A stretch of DNA of 64,000 bases from Clostridia bacterium. GTDB lineage: Bacteria; Bacillota; Peptococcia; DRI-13; SM3-B62. The stretch spans positions 66,425 through 130,424 of the forward strand of contig JAHDQS010000006.1 of NCBI GenBank assembly GCA_018433675.1. Reading direction: 5' to 3'. The stretch's first letter is position 1; each line of letters begins with the position of its first letter. Under the pieces are notes generated by a model. That model was not told where the DNA came from, made no database searches, and worked only from the letters and a program-made list of their open reading frames with translations. Of the stretch, positions 17,254 through 26,780 are shown in pieces. A program made the translations under genes and the position numbers.

Positions 17254-17868
17254 TTATGACAAAAGGCGGATGACAAAGGCAGATAAATAGCCTTCAATAA
17301 AAGCGGAACAAATCAATAAAACAGCAATTAACACCATCACCGAAATATAACCCCAAAAATATTCTCCTGTCGGAGTACCGTTTTGACTGTTTGCACCTTT
17401 TAGCAAAAAAAGGGAAAAATTAAAAGCCGAAACCGCGGCCAGAACATAAGCGGGAAGTGATAAAAGAGCTGGCGGTAATACGGCAAAAAGAGTCAACAAT
17501 AAACCCCGGAATGCTTTTTGTTTAATGAGAAAAACCACGGTAAACCCCAAGGCAAAACCCCTTGAAAAAATAATGATCAAAACCACAGGAAAGCCTATTA
17601 CCGTCAATCCCAACAGTAGAATCTTTCCCTGATTGAACAAATTTCTGGCAACGGCTTGTTTTGTCGATAAAACATAATTTATACCGTTATCATACACGGC
17701 AAAGCCCTCTTCCAAAAAGTCCCCTAAAGAAAGTAACTGTTTCTCTTCCAGCACATTGACTCCAATCGAGCCAAAAAGCAGCCCGGCAATGAAGAAAAAA
17801 AATACTAATAAATAGACCCACCAACTGGCATGCAGATGGTTCTCAATTCTTCTTTTCAGAGCATTCAC
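17254..17868 (-). CDS. spoIIM: Stage II sporulation protein M
   Basis: 204 aa, multi-pass membrane protein with SpoIIM-like layout. Conserved neighbourhood (xerD / nudF / spo0A). Confidence 0.75.
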   Translation of the reverse strand: MNALKRRIENHLHASWWVYLLVFFFFIAGLLFGSIGVNVLEEKQLLSLGDFLEEGFAVYDNGINYVLSTKQAVARNLFNQGKILLLGLTVIGFPVVLIIIFSRGFALGFTVVFLIKQKAFRGLLLTLFAVLPPALLSLPAYVLAAVSAFNFSLFLLKGANSQNGTPTGEYFWGYISVMVLIAVLLICSAFIEGYLSAFVIRLLS

Positions 17869-17928
17869 CTTTTCCGCCTCCCCGGTTCCCCCCTAGATAA
17901 TGTTATGAGGCGAAAAACGGAAATATAA

Positions 17929-18486
17929 CTACAAGTCCAAATACCGGGAACTGTTAACCAACCACAAGATCCCCATAATAGTCTTAGCGTCGTCTATCTC
18001 CCCTGCTAATACTTGTTCATAAGCCTGCTTTATAGATATTTTTTCATAGTCAATTATCTCGTCAGGATCCGGTCGCGCTTCTGTTCTCTGCAAATTTTCC
18101 GCCCAAAAAAGGTGAATAACTTCGTTGGCATAACCTGGCGCAGCATAGAAGGCGGTCAGTTTCTCCCACTCTTTTGCCCGATAACCCGTTTCCTCTGCCA
18201 GCTCCCTTTTCGCCGTCATTAATGGTTCCTCTCCTTCTTCCAACTTACCGGCCGGGATTTCGTAGGTAACCTTCCCCACCGGGTACCTGTATTGCTTGAC
18301 CAGGATGATTTCCTCCTTTGGTGTCACAGCCAATACAGCCACCGCTCCCGGATGCAGTATTACATCCCGCTTGGTTTTTCTTCCGTTACTCAACATGACC
18401 TCGTCCTGCCTGAGAACCAAGAAACTACCCTTTGCCTCACTGATTGTCCTAAGATACTTTTCCTCCAAAGCCGTTTGCCTCCTCAT
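17929..18486 (-). CDS. nudF: ADP-ribose pyrophosphatase (Nudix hydrolase, NudF-like)
   Basis: Nudix box GKLEEGEEPLMTAKRELAEETGY. 185 aa. Confidence 0.85.
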   Translation of the reverse strand: MRRQTALEEKYLRTISEAKGSFLVLRQDEVMLSNGRKTKRDVILHPGAVAVLAVTPKEEIILVKQYRYPVGKVTYEIPAGKLEEGEEPLMTAKRELAEETGYRAKEWEKLTAFYAAPGYANEVIHLFWAENLQRTEARPDPDEIIDYEKISIKQAYEQVLAGEIDDAKTIMGILWLVNSSRYLDL

Positions 18487-18517
18487 CTGAATACTTACCT
18501 TACTTACCTCTTAAAAG

Positions 18518-18545
18518 ATTATACCAGTACAATTCTTTCTGTAAA
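18518..18545 (-). promoter_or_regulatory. Candidate sigma-A promoter for nudF-spoIIM
   Basis: The minus strand reads TTTACA-N16-TATAAT with an extended -10 TG (tgGTATAAT), about 30 nt upstream of the nudF ATG. Confidence 0.45.
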
Positions 18546-18659
18546 AGGAAAACAAGCACCTCCATTTTTACCTAATAACCCAGATAAAAATATCAGTGCT
18601 TGAACGAACAAAAATATGTAAGTTTATGATGCCGAATAAATAAATCGTGTCTTCCTTAA

Positions 18660-19457
18660 TTAAACCACCTTGTTGCCGATTCTGAGCTTATCGGCAATCA
18701 TGGCAATGAATTCAGAATTGGTGGGCTTTCCTCGTTGAATATTAATGGTGTAGCCAAAGTACTTCGTCATCATCTCAACGTTGCCGCGGTCCCAGGCCAG
18801 TTCAATCGCATGACGGATAGCTCTTTCGACCCTACTGGGCGTCGTCCGATATTTTTCCGCAATCGTCGGATACAACTCCTTTGTTATCGCTCCCAGCAGA
18901 CTCACCTTTTCGATTACCATCAAAATGGCATCACGCAGATACTGATATCCCTTGATATGCGCAGGAACTCCCATCTGATGGATTATGTTGGTAACCTCTA
19001 AATCCAAGCTCCTGGGCCTAACAAGCGGCATCTGATATACCGGCTGCACAGAAGATGCATTTCCCATAAACGACATCTTCCCCTTAAACAATTGACGCAG
19101 TCGATTACCCAGGGTCTCCAGATCGAACGGCTTGAGAATAAAATAGTCAGCCCCCATGTCCACGGCCTTTTGTGTCATTGATTCCTGACCAAAAGCTGTC
19201 AACATAACAACCTTAGGTTTCTCTTGTATCCCTGATTCGGCCAGTCTTTCCAAAACTCCGATCCCATCAAGATGCGGCATTATAATGTCTAAAACCACAA
19301 CGTCCGGCATTTTGGCACCAATCATCTCCAAGGTTTCCAAGCCGTTGTTTGCTGTTCCGACAACACAAAAATCATCTTGTCTTTCAAAGTATTCGTATAA
19401 TATCTCTACAAAATCTTTGTTATCGTCAGCAATTAACACTTTGATCGTTTCGTACAT
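18660..19457 (-). CDS. spo0A: Sporulation master regulator Spo0A
   Basis: REC domain ([10 protein letters not shown] ... [13 protein letters not shown]) plus the Spo0A-specific C-terminal domain ([21 protein letters not shown]). Confidence 0.95.
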   Translation of the reverse strand: MYETIKVLIADDNKDFVEILYEYFERQDDFCVVGTANNGLETLEMIGAKMPDVVVLDIIMPHLDGIGVLERLAESGIQEKPKVVMLTAFGQESMTQKAVDMGADYFILKPFDLETLGNRLRQLFKGKMSFMGNASSVQPVYQMPLVRPRSLDLEVTNIIHQMGVPAHIKGYQYLRDAILMVIEKVSLLGAITKELYPTIAEKYRTTPSRVERAIRHAIELAWDRGNVEMMTKYFGYTINIQRGKPTNSEFIAMIADKLRIGNKVV

Positions 19458-19501
19458 CCTTTTTATCTCCCCTTATCAATTTTGTTTCTATATTTATCCA
19501 C

Positions 19502-19508
19502 TTCGACA
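19502..19508 (-). promoter_or_regulatory. Perfect 0A box (TGTCGAA on minus strand) upstream of spo0A
   Basis: TTCGACA on the plus strand, about 45 nt upstream of the spo0A ATG. Matches the 0A-box consensus TGNCGAA. Confidence 0.5.
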
Positions 19509-19657
19509 ATTGACTTTTATTTCCTGCTTCATTTTTCCATTTAATACTAGATTAATCAAAATATTTTCCGTCTTTTTTCAATAAATTTTGTTCTTATCTA
19601 CTAGTATAATACGCCTTTTCAGCAAAATATTCAATTTTTCTTTATCTTTCTTTATCT

Positions 19658-19664
19658 TTCGACA
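19658..19664 (-). promoter_or_regulatory. Second perfect 0A box upstream of spo0A
   Basis: TTCGACA on the plus strand, about 200 nt upstream of spo0A and immediately after the spoIVB stop. It is preceded by a 2x TTTATCTTTC tandem. Confidence 0.4.
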
Positions 19665-19670
19665 GTACTA

Positions 19671-20852
19671 TTAGGCTGCGTTTCTGCCCAGGCACACTAG
19701 AAATATGAAACCTTGAGATTTTAATCCCAAGGTTTCTCCCTCCTGTTTTATTATACCAGCTTCTATCAGCATCCTTTCAATGAAAACCCCGTAGCCTCTG
19801 TCCGGTTCATTAATAAAGACATGAGTAACGGCACCGATTAATTTGCCATCCTGAATAATTGGACTGCCACTCATTCCCTGAACTATTCCTCCCGTCTGAC
19901 GCAACAATTCAGGATCGGTAATCCTGATGATCATATTTTTCCCGTCCTGTCTCCCGTACAGCATACGTTCAATTTTAACATTATATTCTTTAATTTCCTG
20001 TCCTTTTAGTACTGTCAAAATTTTGGCATTACCGATATGAACCTCATCAGAGTACGCCACTGCCACAGGTTCTGGATATAACGGATTGACAAAATCCTCT
20101 TCTATCTTGCCATAAATGCCGCAGTCATCGTTTTTTTCGATATCCCCCCACTCCTCGTCGTCAACAAACATGCCGATTTTTTCGCCCGGCTTACCCTTTT
20201 GGGCCCTTAGTATATCCTGTACCAAAGCGTGCAGTATTTTCCCCTGCCTTATTCTTAACGGTTGATTTGTCTCACTGTCGGTTATCACATGTCCAAGGGC
20301 TCCATATTTCTCAGTGGACGGATCATAAAATGTCAGCGTTCCCACACCACCCGCATTGTCACGTATAAAAAGCCCAATTCTGTAAGATTTGGTGTCATTA
20401 CAATACTGCGGATATACCACCTTATGATGTGACTCCTCATTTCGTCTGACCGTCAATTCCATCCGGCTTCCCTTTTTGCCGAGGTCCGCAATCATACTTT
20501 TAGCCTGATCATCGGTTAAAACGGTATTTCCATTGATTTCCGTCACCACATCTCCGATCTGAATACCCGCATCCCTGGCCGGAAAAAGAGGAGAACCTTC
20601 TTCATTTATGACAGGAGAAAAGCCTACTACCAGAACTCCCTCTGTTCTTAAGACGACACCTATGGAATGTCCACCGGGTATAAGATTAACAGCAGGCATC
20701 TCGACGGGATCGCTTGCGTTCAATAAATCCCCCGCCACCAAGCGCTGGGTTTCAAGAATACTGAAACAGCCTTCTTCTTGAGGAGCAATAATAAAAAATG
20801 CAACAAAAAACCATAATAAAAATCCGAGGATTTGCCTTTTGGTTGAATTCAT
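19671..20852 (-). CDS. spoIVB: SpoIVB signalling serine peptidase (S55, PDZ domain)
   Basis: 393 aa. PDZ (AGIQIGDVVTEING) and the S55 catalytic region (GALGH ... QGMSGSPII). Located between recN and spo0A as in Bacillus. Confidence 0.9.
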   Translation of the reverse strand: MNSTKRQILGFLLWFFVAFFIIAPQEEGCFSILETQRLVAGDLLNASDPVEMPAVNLIPGGHSIGVVLRTEGVLVVGFSPVINEEGSPLFPARDAGIQIGDVVTEINGNTVLTDDQAKSMIADLGKKGSRMELTVRRNEESHHKVVYPQYCNDTKSYRIGLFIRDNAGGVGTLTFYDPSTEKYGALGHVITDSETNQPLRIRQGKILHALVQDILRAQKGKPGEKIGMFVDDEEWGDIEKNDDCGIYGKIEEDFVNPLYPEPVAVAYSDEVHIGNAKILTVLKGQEIKEYNVKIERMLYGRQDGKNMIIRITDPELLRQTGGIVQGMSGSPIIQDGKLIGAVTHVFINEPDRGYGVFIERMLIEAGIIKQEGETLGLKSQGFIFLVCLGRNAA

Positions 20853-20960
20853 GGTTATGTCCTCCTATTATTGGCAAATCCTTCCTATTCCATCTAGAGA
20901 TACTTCGCTTTTTTAAATTAACCCTTTTGGCCGGCATTTATGTTTACGAAAATATTCCTT

Positions 20961-22628
20961 TCATTTTTTTAAAATTTGCGAGGCATGTCGTTTTAAATCA
21001 TCTGTTTGCCTTTCTCCTCCCATCATGCGGGTCAATTCTTCCACCCTCTCATCCTTTGATAAATAGCGGATAAATGTTTGGGTCCGTCCCTTTTCAACCT
21101 GTTTCTCTAAAAACAGATGTCGATCAGCCAAGGCAGCAATAATAGATGAATGAGTAACACAAATAACCTGCTGATTTTCAGATATTTTTTCCAGCTTTTC
21201 AGCCACCTTTTGAGCGGCCTTTCCCCCAATTCCGGAATCGATTTCGTCAAAGATCAAGGTATCTATACCGTCTAATCCTGCAAATATCGACTTAAAGGCC
21301 AGCATCATACGCGACAACTCACCTCCGGAAGCGATCTTGGCCACGGGCAAAAGAGGTTCTCCGGGGTTGGCAGAAATCAAAAATTCAGCCTCCTCGTTAC
21401 CGTGAGCCGAGGGTTCGGCGGCACTAAAACCTGTGCGGAAAACGGCATCAGGCATCGCCAGTTCCAGCAGCTGGCTTGTCACTTCTTCATCCAGACCGGC
21501 ACCAATCTCCCTTCGTTTTTCCGACAGCAAAGCAGACAATTGAAAATATTCCTGCCACGCTTTTTCCACCAGCTCTTTTAATTCTTCGGCCCTTTCGCCA
21601 CTTCCGTTCAATAAATCCAATTCAGCTTGGGCCTTTTCGGCGTAAAGCAAAACATCCTTAACAGTACCACCGTATTTCCTGCACAATTCTTTAACCGCAT
21701 GAAGACGCTTTTCCGTTTCCTCCAAGCGCCGGGGTGAATAATCAATGTTCTCCAAATAATTTCTGATGACAGCGGCACCTTCCTCCAGCATATACAGACA
21801 GGACTCGATCTCTGCAGAGGTCTTCTCAAGCTTATCATCAAGCTCCCTGACATACTCGAGATTTTTTACCGCCTTACCCACCAGTTCATACGCTGATGAC
21901 TCATTCTCACCGCCGAAGATACAAAGATAGGCTGAATTGAGGTTCATGCTGATTTTTTCCGCATTAGCAAGAATGTTAGCTTCCCGCTGCAGTTCCTCTT
22001 CTTCATCCTCTTTCAACCCGGCTCCTTTGATCTCCGCCAGCTGAAAGGAAAGAAAATCGATCCGCTGCAACCGGTCCTGTTCCCTGTTATGTAAATCTTC
22101 AAGTTCTGTCTTAGCTTCCTTCCAGCTATGATAACTCTCTTTAATCTTTTGCAAAAGCTTGAAGTGCTCCGCTTTTCCGAAACGATCAAGAATTTCCAAA
22201 TGCCTATGGGGTTGTAACAAGTATTGGTGATTATGCTGTCCGTGGATTTCCACCAACATTTGACCAACCACACGGTATTGTCCCAATGTTAAGTTTCTGC
22301 CGTTAATGCGGCAGTTGTTTCTGCCGTTTACGGCTATCTCCCGGGAGAGGATAAGCGTGCTTTCCTCACAATCCACACCATATTCGACCAGGCTCTCAAG
22401 AACGCGCCCTCCTTGCGGGACAAAAAAGACACCCTCTATTACCGCCATATCGCAACCATGCCTGACATACTCAGTCTGGGCTCTACCACCTAAAAGCACA
22501 GAAACAGCATCAATAACAATGGATTTTCCTGCTCCTGTTTCGCCGGTCAAAACATTGAATTTCTCACAAAAATCAAGATTTATTTCCTCAATCAGAGCAA
22601 AATTCTTGATATACAGTCTTTCCAGCAT
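20961..22628 (-). CDS. recN: DNA repair protein RecN
   Basis: 555 aa. Walker A GETGAGKS, long coiled coil, C-terminal signature/Walker B (SGGELSR ... LIFDEIDSGIGG). Confidence 0.93.
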   Translation of the reverse strand: MLERLYIKNFALIEEINLDFCEKFNVLTGETGAGKSIVIDAVSVLLGGRAQTEYVRHGCDMAVIEGVFFVPQGGRVLESLVEYGVDCEESTLILSREIAVNGRNNCRINGRNLTLGQYRVVGQMLVEIHGQHNHQYLLQPHRHLEILDRFGKAEHFKLLQKIKESYHSWKEAKTELEDLHNREQDRLQRIDFLSFQLAEIKGAGLKEDEEEELQREANILANAEKISMNLNSAYLCIFGGENESSAYELVGKAVKNLEYVRELDDKLEKTSAEIESCLYMLEEGAAVIRNYLENIDYSPRRLEETEKRLHAVKELCRKYGGTVKDVLLYAEKAQAELDLLNGSGERAEELKELVEKAWQEYFQLSALLSEKRREIGAGLDEEVTSQLLELAMPDAVFRTGFSAAEPSAHGNEEAEFLISANPGEPLLPVAKIASGGELSRMMLAFKSIFAGLDGIDTLIFDEIDSGIGGKAAQKVAEKLEKISENQQVICVTHSSIIAALADRHLFLEKQVEKGRTQTFIRYLSKDERVEELTRMMGGERQTDDLKRHASQILKK

Positions 22629-22637
22629 AATTTACAC

Positions 22638-23108
22638 CTACTCCATTAGGCTTTTCAGTTTAGATACAACATTTTTAACCTCTTTTCGGTTTTCCTGCCC
22701 TTCCGACGTCTTTATAACCAACATAATCGTATCATCACCGGCAACTGTACCGAGTATTTCCGGCCAGGCAGCACCGTCCAAAAGTGCTGCAATCGCATGG
22801 GCATTTCCGGGGTAAGTACGCAACACAACAATATTTTCGCTGTCTGCAATTTCTACAACCAGTTCCTGCATCATCCGGCACAAGCGCTGCTCATTTCGGG
22901 CTGAATTCTGTTCTTGCGGCAACCCGTACCGGTAGGTATCGTTCCCCACCGGTATTTTAACCAAACGTAATTCCTTGATATCTCTGGATACTGTCGCTTG
23001 TGTTACATTAAAACCTGCAGTTCTCAAGGCCTGGGCCATCTCTATCTGCGTTGCTATCTCTCGATTTTTTAGGATCTCCAGGATCTTTTTCTGTCGGCTA
23101 GCCTTCAA
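22638..23108 (-). CDS. argR: Arginine repressor
   Basis: 156 aa. Winged-helix N-terminus (NVTQATVSRDIKEL) and C-terminal oligomerisation domain (GTVAGDDTIMLV). Confidence 0.9.
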   Translation of the reverse strand: MKASRQKKILEILKNREIATQIEMAQALRTAGFNVTQATVSRDIKELRLVKIPVGNDTYRYGLPQEQNSARNEQRLCRMMQELVVEIADSENIVVLRTYPGNAHAIAALLDGAAWPEILGTVAGDDTIMLVIKTSEGQENRKEVKNVVSKLKSLME

Positions 23109-23132
23109 ATTTAATCCTCCTCGTATACATCT

Positions 23133-23702
23133 CTACCCGATTCTTTTATGCAGAAAAAGTAAATACGGGGCAGGTTTGACTGCATTAAGTCTCTGATAGG
23201 AAAATACATCCCAAAGAGCCGAATCCAATTCTGGCATAAAATTTTCTACCTTTTTTGCCTCACAATCACCGCCGCCATGGCCGGGATAAGCAACTATCGA
23301 TATCACGCCGCCGGGGTCAAGCAATTCTAAAGCCTGTTTGATCGATGATAATGTCGCATCTGCCTTTGTGATTGTTGCTTTATCACCACCCGGTAAATAA
23401 CCGAGATTATATACTATCGCCTGCACCGAACCTTTGATGTGTTCTGTCAGTTTTTCATGGGTATCATTGATTAACCTTACCGCATCCGCACACTTTTCTT
23501 CTTCTAATAACGCTTTTGTTCGCTCAATTGCTATGGCTTGTATATCAAAGGCATATACCTGTCCTCTCTTGCCAACCTTTTTCGCCAAAAACATTGTATC
23601 ATATCCGTTACCTGCCGTTGCGTCCACAACATGCTGTCCCTCTCGCAGAAACTTACTGAGGAGTATATGTGAAACCTCTGTTGCACGCAAATCGCTAATC
23701 AT
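23133..23702 (-). CDS. Class I SAM-dependent methyltransferase, YtqB/MnmM-like
   Basis: 189 aa. SAM motif VVDATAGNGYDT and YNLGYLPGGD typical of the YtqB family (from memory). Confidence 0.65.
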   Translation of the reverse strand: MISDLRATEVSHILLSKFLREGQHVVDATAGNGYDTMFLAKKVGKRGQVYAFDIQAIAIERTKALLEEEKCADAVRLINDTHEKLTEHIKGSVQAIVYNLGYLPGGDKATITKADATLSSIKQALELLDPGGVISIVAYPGHGGGDCEAKKVENFMPELDSALWDVFSYQRLNAVKPAPYLLFLHKRIG

Positions 23703-24564
23703 AGGAAATCCTTCCTTCGGATTTAAGTTTCTCTTGTAGTATTTTAAAGAATTTGTAATCCTTGAGCCGGATAAGCTTAGTGCTGCAAGAAGCCTTGCTT
23801 ACAATTATTTCATCACCCTCCATAATCTCAAAACCGCTCTGACCGTCGATGGTCAACATGGAATCCAACTGTCTCCCCGCGACAATAATTTTAACCTGGG
23901 TATGAGAGGGTATGACCATGGGACGGGCTTGTAAAGTATGGGGACAAATAGGAGTTATGATTGACACTTCCACCTCAGGATGAATGATAGGCCCACCGGC
24001 AGACAGGGAATAAGCTGTCGAGCCGGTCGGTGAGGAGATAATAACACCATCCGCTTTGTAGGTAGTAACAAATTCCTTCCCCACGAACACATCTAAGATC
24101 TGAAGACGAGCCAAAGGTCCTTTAGTTAAAACAACATCGTTTAACCCAACAAACTGCCCTACCTCTTTACCATTGCGCAGGATTTTAGCCTCTAGCATCA
24201 TTCTCTCTTCAATATGATAATGTCCATTGACTAACTTCTCCAAGGATTCTTCCATTTCATTAAGTTCAATTTCCGTTAAAAAACCAAGGGTCCCTACATT
24301 AACACCGAGAATCGGTATTCCGGAAAACGCCGCCATCCTGGCCGCTCGCAAGAAGGTACCGTCCCCTCCCAGGGCAATCACACAATCAACATCGCTTCCT
24401 CGGCTGCAGCCCTTTTCATCCTCCAGCAAACCAAGCGCCCGGGCCTCCACACCACAAGAGTATATCTCTATACCCTTAGCCGTAAACCACTTGATAAGCT
24501 GTTCTCCTACTACGACAGGCTGTTTCTTTCTAGAATTAACAATAAGCCCTACTTTCTTTACCAT
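23695..24564 (-). CDS. nadK: NAD+ kinase
   Basis: 289 aa. GGDGTFL and NVGTLGFL motifs. Confidence 0.92.
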   Translation of the reverse strand: MVKKVGLIVNSRKKQPVVVGEQLIKWFTAKGIEIYSCGVEARALGLLEDEKGCSRGSDVDCVIALGGDGTFLRAARMAAFSGIPILGVNVGTLGFLTEIELNEMEESLEKLVNGHYHIEERMMLEAKILRNGKEVGQFVGLNDVVLTKGPLARLQILDVFVGKEFVTTYKADGVIISSPTGSTAYSLSAGGPIIHPEVEVSIITPICPHTLQARPMVIPSHTQVKIIVAGRQLDSMLTIDGQSGFEIMEGDEIIVSKASCSTKLIRLKDYKFFKILQEKLKSEGRISYD

Positions 24565-24598
24565 ACCGTCTCCTCCAAAACGTAATAGCTACCCTTTA

Positions 24599-25129
24599 TT
24601 AGAATGATGAAAGAAAATACTTATACAACAACAGCCCGCACAATAGTCCAAGAATTCCGGTAAAAACAACAAGAAAAACAAATCGGGTCTTCCCTTCCCT
24701 TCCCGAAACGGCAAATACTACCTCATTGATCTTTCTTCTTTCCATGTCTATCAACAGTATACCATCCGTCCCATAAGCAAGATAGTACTCCATCAACTGT
24801 CTCCTGGTATCGGCCAGCGTCGGTTTTGGCGCATTTTTGCCGGTTTTCACCTCGGCTACGAAAGTCTTTCCACGCTTTTTCACTAAATAATCCGCCCGCA
24901 CATGGTTTTCATAGGGTTTCCCATTTATCCAAGTCGTTATGGTCTTTCTTTCCTGTGCCCCTGTAACAGTATAACCATTTGATTCCAATAAATGTATGGC
25001 CTTATGTTCGCCTTTTCTGGCCTTTCTTAGCATCCTCTTAATTGCCAGGCTCTTTTTTTTCTTGAGAAGGTAATAAAGAATCATCCCGCCAATTATCATT
25101 CCAATAATGAAATAATCTGTTGCGTTCAT
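24599..25129 (-). CDS. Membrane-anchored PD-(D/E)xK nuclease-fold-like protein (N- and C-terminal TM segments)
   Basis: 176 aa. TM at 6-22 and at about 150-172. The core HLLESNGY ... RADYLVKKRGKTFVAEVKTGK fits a D...E-x-K restriction-endonuclease-like motif. Fold call by eye only. Confidence 0.45.
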   Translation of the reverse strand: MNATDYFIIGMIIGGMILYYLLKKKKSLAIKRMLRKARKGEHKAIHLLESNGYTVTGAQERKTITTWINGKPYENHVRADYLVKKRGKTFVAEVKTGKNAPKPTLADTRRQLMEYYLAYGTDGILLIDMERRKINEVVFAVSGREGKTRFVFLVVFTGILGLLCGLLLYKYFLSSF

Positions 25130-25250
25130 ATTTTACCTCCCGTCTTTCTATTTCTACAAAAGCCTACAATCCCCTTCTTCTATCTTGCCATAATAGGGCA
25201 GATGTGGGAAAATATATGCAGATATTAAAAGAAAACGGAGCGAAATAAAA

Positions 25251-26780
25251 ATGAAAAGAAGAATCAGGGCAGCGATACTGATATCGCTCTTCTTTATTCT
25301 GTTAGACGTAACCCCGGCAATGGGCGGGGAGTTTCAAGGCGCAGGTTTTTCGTTTACACTGCCGGAAAAATATGAGCATATAAATCCGGCAACCGGTGAT
25401 ATTGTTATGCAATTTGCCGGTCCTCACAGCATTGTCCACATATATCAACAGGAACTCGGCCCAAGGTTATCAACCCGGTCATATATTGATTATGGCAATA
25501 AGCAGTTATACAAAGGTAAAGCCGACTTTAAACTACTAAAACGCACAGGAAGAACCGAAAAAAATTATAGGGTTGAAGAACTGACTTATTACCGCCCAGA
25601 GATAAAAACCTTTGACCAAGACTTCAACTACTACATCGAACAGCATCGAATATTCAAAGACTGTGTAGTCACTTTGTGGGGTAAGACCACAAAAGATAAT
25701 CTAGCCGGTTTAAAAAAGGATCTTGACAGTGTTGCTGTTACTCTAAAAAAAGAAGATTCAGTACAAAAAGCCGTCACTTCAGACAATACCGAGCCTGAAT
25801 CCCCACATATCAGGTACATAGGCAATAGGCTGACATTAGACATCCCACCCCACAATCTTCTCTGGGGAAGATTTTATCCGGGAGTTCCTTTCAACAGCAG
25901 CTGTTACAATAGTATGCTTTCCAACGAAGAAAAGCTGAATCACAAATTCGAGTTCATCATGACCTACTCCACTTTCCCGTCCAATACAGGGTTCCCTGAA
26001 GCGGCTGTCAGAAAAGTATATCAGGAAGGGCGTGTGTTAATGTTGACACTGCAACCCTTTACCGCAGACTTGGAATGGATTGCCGTTTTAGAATTTATTG
26101 CCGGCGAGCACGATGATGTTATCAGGGAATGGGCCGAAGGATTAAAACGTATCAATGAGCCTGTTTTCATCAGACCGCTGAATGAAATGAACGGGGACTG
26201 GGATCCTTGGTGTGCCTGGTTCTTCGGCAAAGATACAGACCTTTATATTAAAGCCTGGCGGCATATCGTCGACATCTTTAGAGAGGTGGAAGCAGATAAC
26301 GTATTGTTTGTCTGGAATCCCCATGATCGCTCATATCCTAATTTTACTTGGAACAATCCTCACATGTATTATCCCGGTGATGAATATGTAGACTGGATCG
26401 GCTTAACCGGATACAATAACGGAACAAGCTACCCGGGCGATGTATGGCGGGAATTTGAAGAAATATACCGTCCTGTATACGAAGACTACCTAAAACGCTA
26501 TCCCGACAAACCCATGATGATCACCGAATTCAGCAGTAATGAAACAGGCGGCAACAAGGCCGCTTGGATTGAAAATGCTATGCAACTTCTTGCTCAAGAT
26601 TATCCCAACATTAGAATAGCTACTTGGTTCGATGGGCGGGACAAAAAATGGCAGTACGAACTAGAATCATCCCCTCAATCCTTCGCTGCTTTTCAAAAGG
26701 GCTTACTCAGTCATTACTTCCTCACAAGGGCCGTTACACAGACATCGCAGGATTCGCCCCCGGTCAACTCCAATAATTGA
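25251..26780 (+). CDS. Secreted GH26-family glycoside hydrolase-like protein with an unassigned ~190-aa N-terminal domain
   Basis: Signal peptide (MKRRIRAAILISLFFILLDVTPAMG). GH26 acid/base region IRPLNEMNGDWDPWCAWF and nucleophile region MMITEFSS. The 3' end overlaps the convergent gene by 67 nt. Confidence 0.7.
   Translation: MKRRIRAAILISLFFILLDVTPAMGGEFQGAGFSFTLPEKYEHINPATGDIVMQFAGPHSIVHIYQQELGPRLSTRSYIDYGNKQLYKGKADFKLLKRTGRTEKNYRVEELTYYRPEIKTFDQDFNYYIEQHRIFKDCVVTLWGKTTKDNLAGLKKDLDSVAVTLKKEDSVQKAVTSDNTEPESPHIRYIGNRLTLDIPPHNLLWGRFYPGVPFNSSCYNSMLSNEEKLNHKFEFIMTYSTFPSNTGFPEAAVRKVYQEGRVLMLTLQPFTADLEWIAVLEFIAGEHDDVIREWAEGLKRINEPVFIRPLNEMNGDWDPWCAWFFGKDTDLYIKAWRHIVDIFREVEADNVLFVWNPHDRSYPNFTWNNPHMYYPGDEYVDWIGLTGYNNGTSYPGDVWREFEEIYRPVYEDYLKRYPDKPMMITEFSSNETGGNKAAWIENAMQLLAQDYPNIRIATWFDGRDKKWQYELESSPQSFAAFQKGLLSHYFLTRAVTQTSQDSPPVNSNN

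Noticed and set aside
19641-19660. Tandem TTTATCTTTC x2, considered as a possible CRISPR or VNTR seed
   Set aside because: There are only two 10-bp units with no spacers. No CRISPR-like periodic repeats were seen anywhere in the window.
22306-22815. 169-aa plus-strand ORF spanning the recN/argR junction
   Set aside because: Antisense to two well-supported genes, Ser/Pro/Thr-rich, with no start context.
26714-26780. 67-nt convergent overlap of the GH26-like and YbaK-like genes as a sign of a frameshift or assembly error
   Set aside because: Both reading frames are intact through their conserved domains. The overlap only involves the non-conserved tail of the GH26-like protein, and there is no evidence of a disrupted frame.
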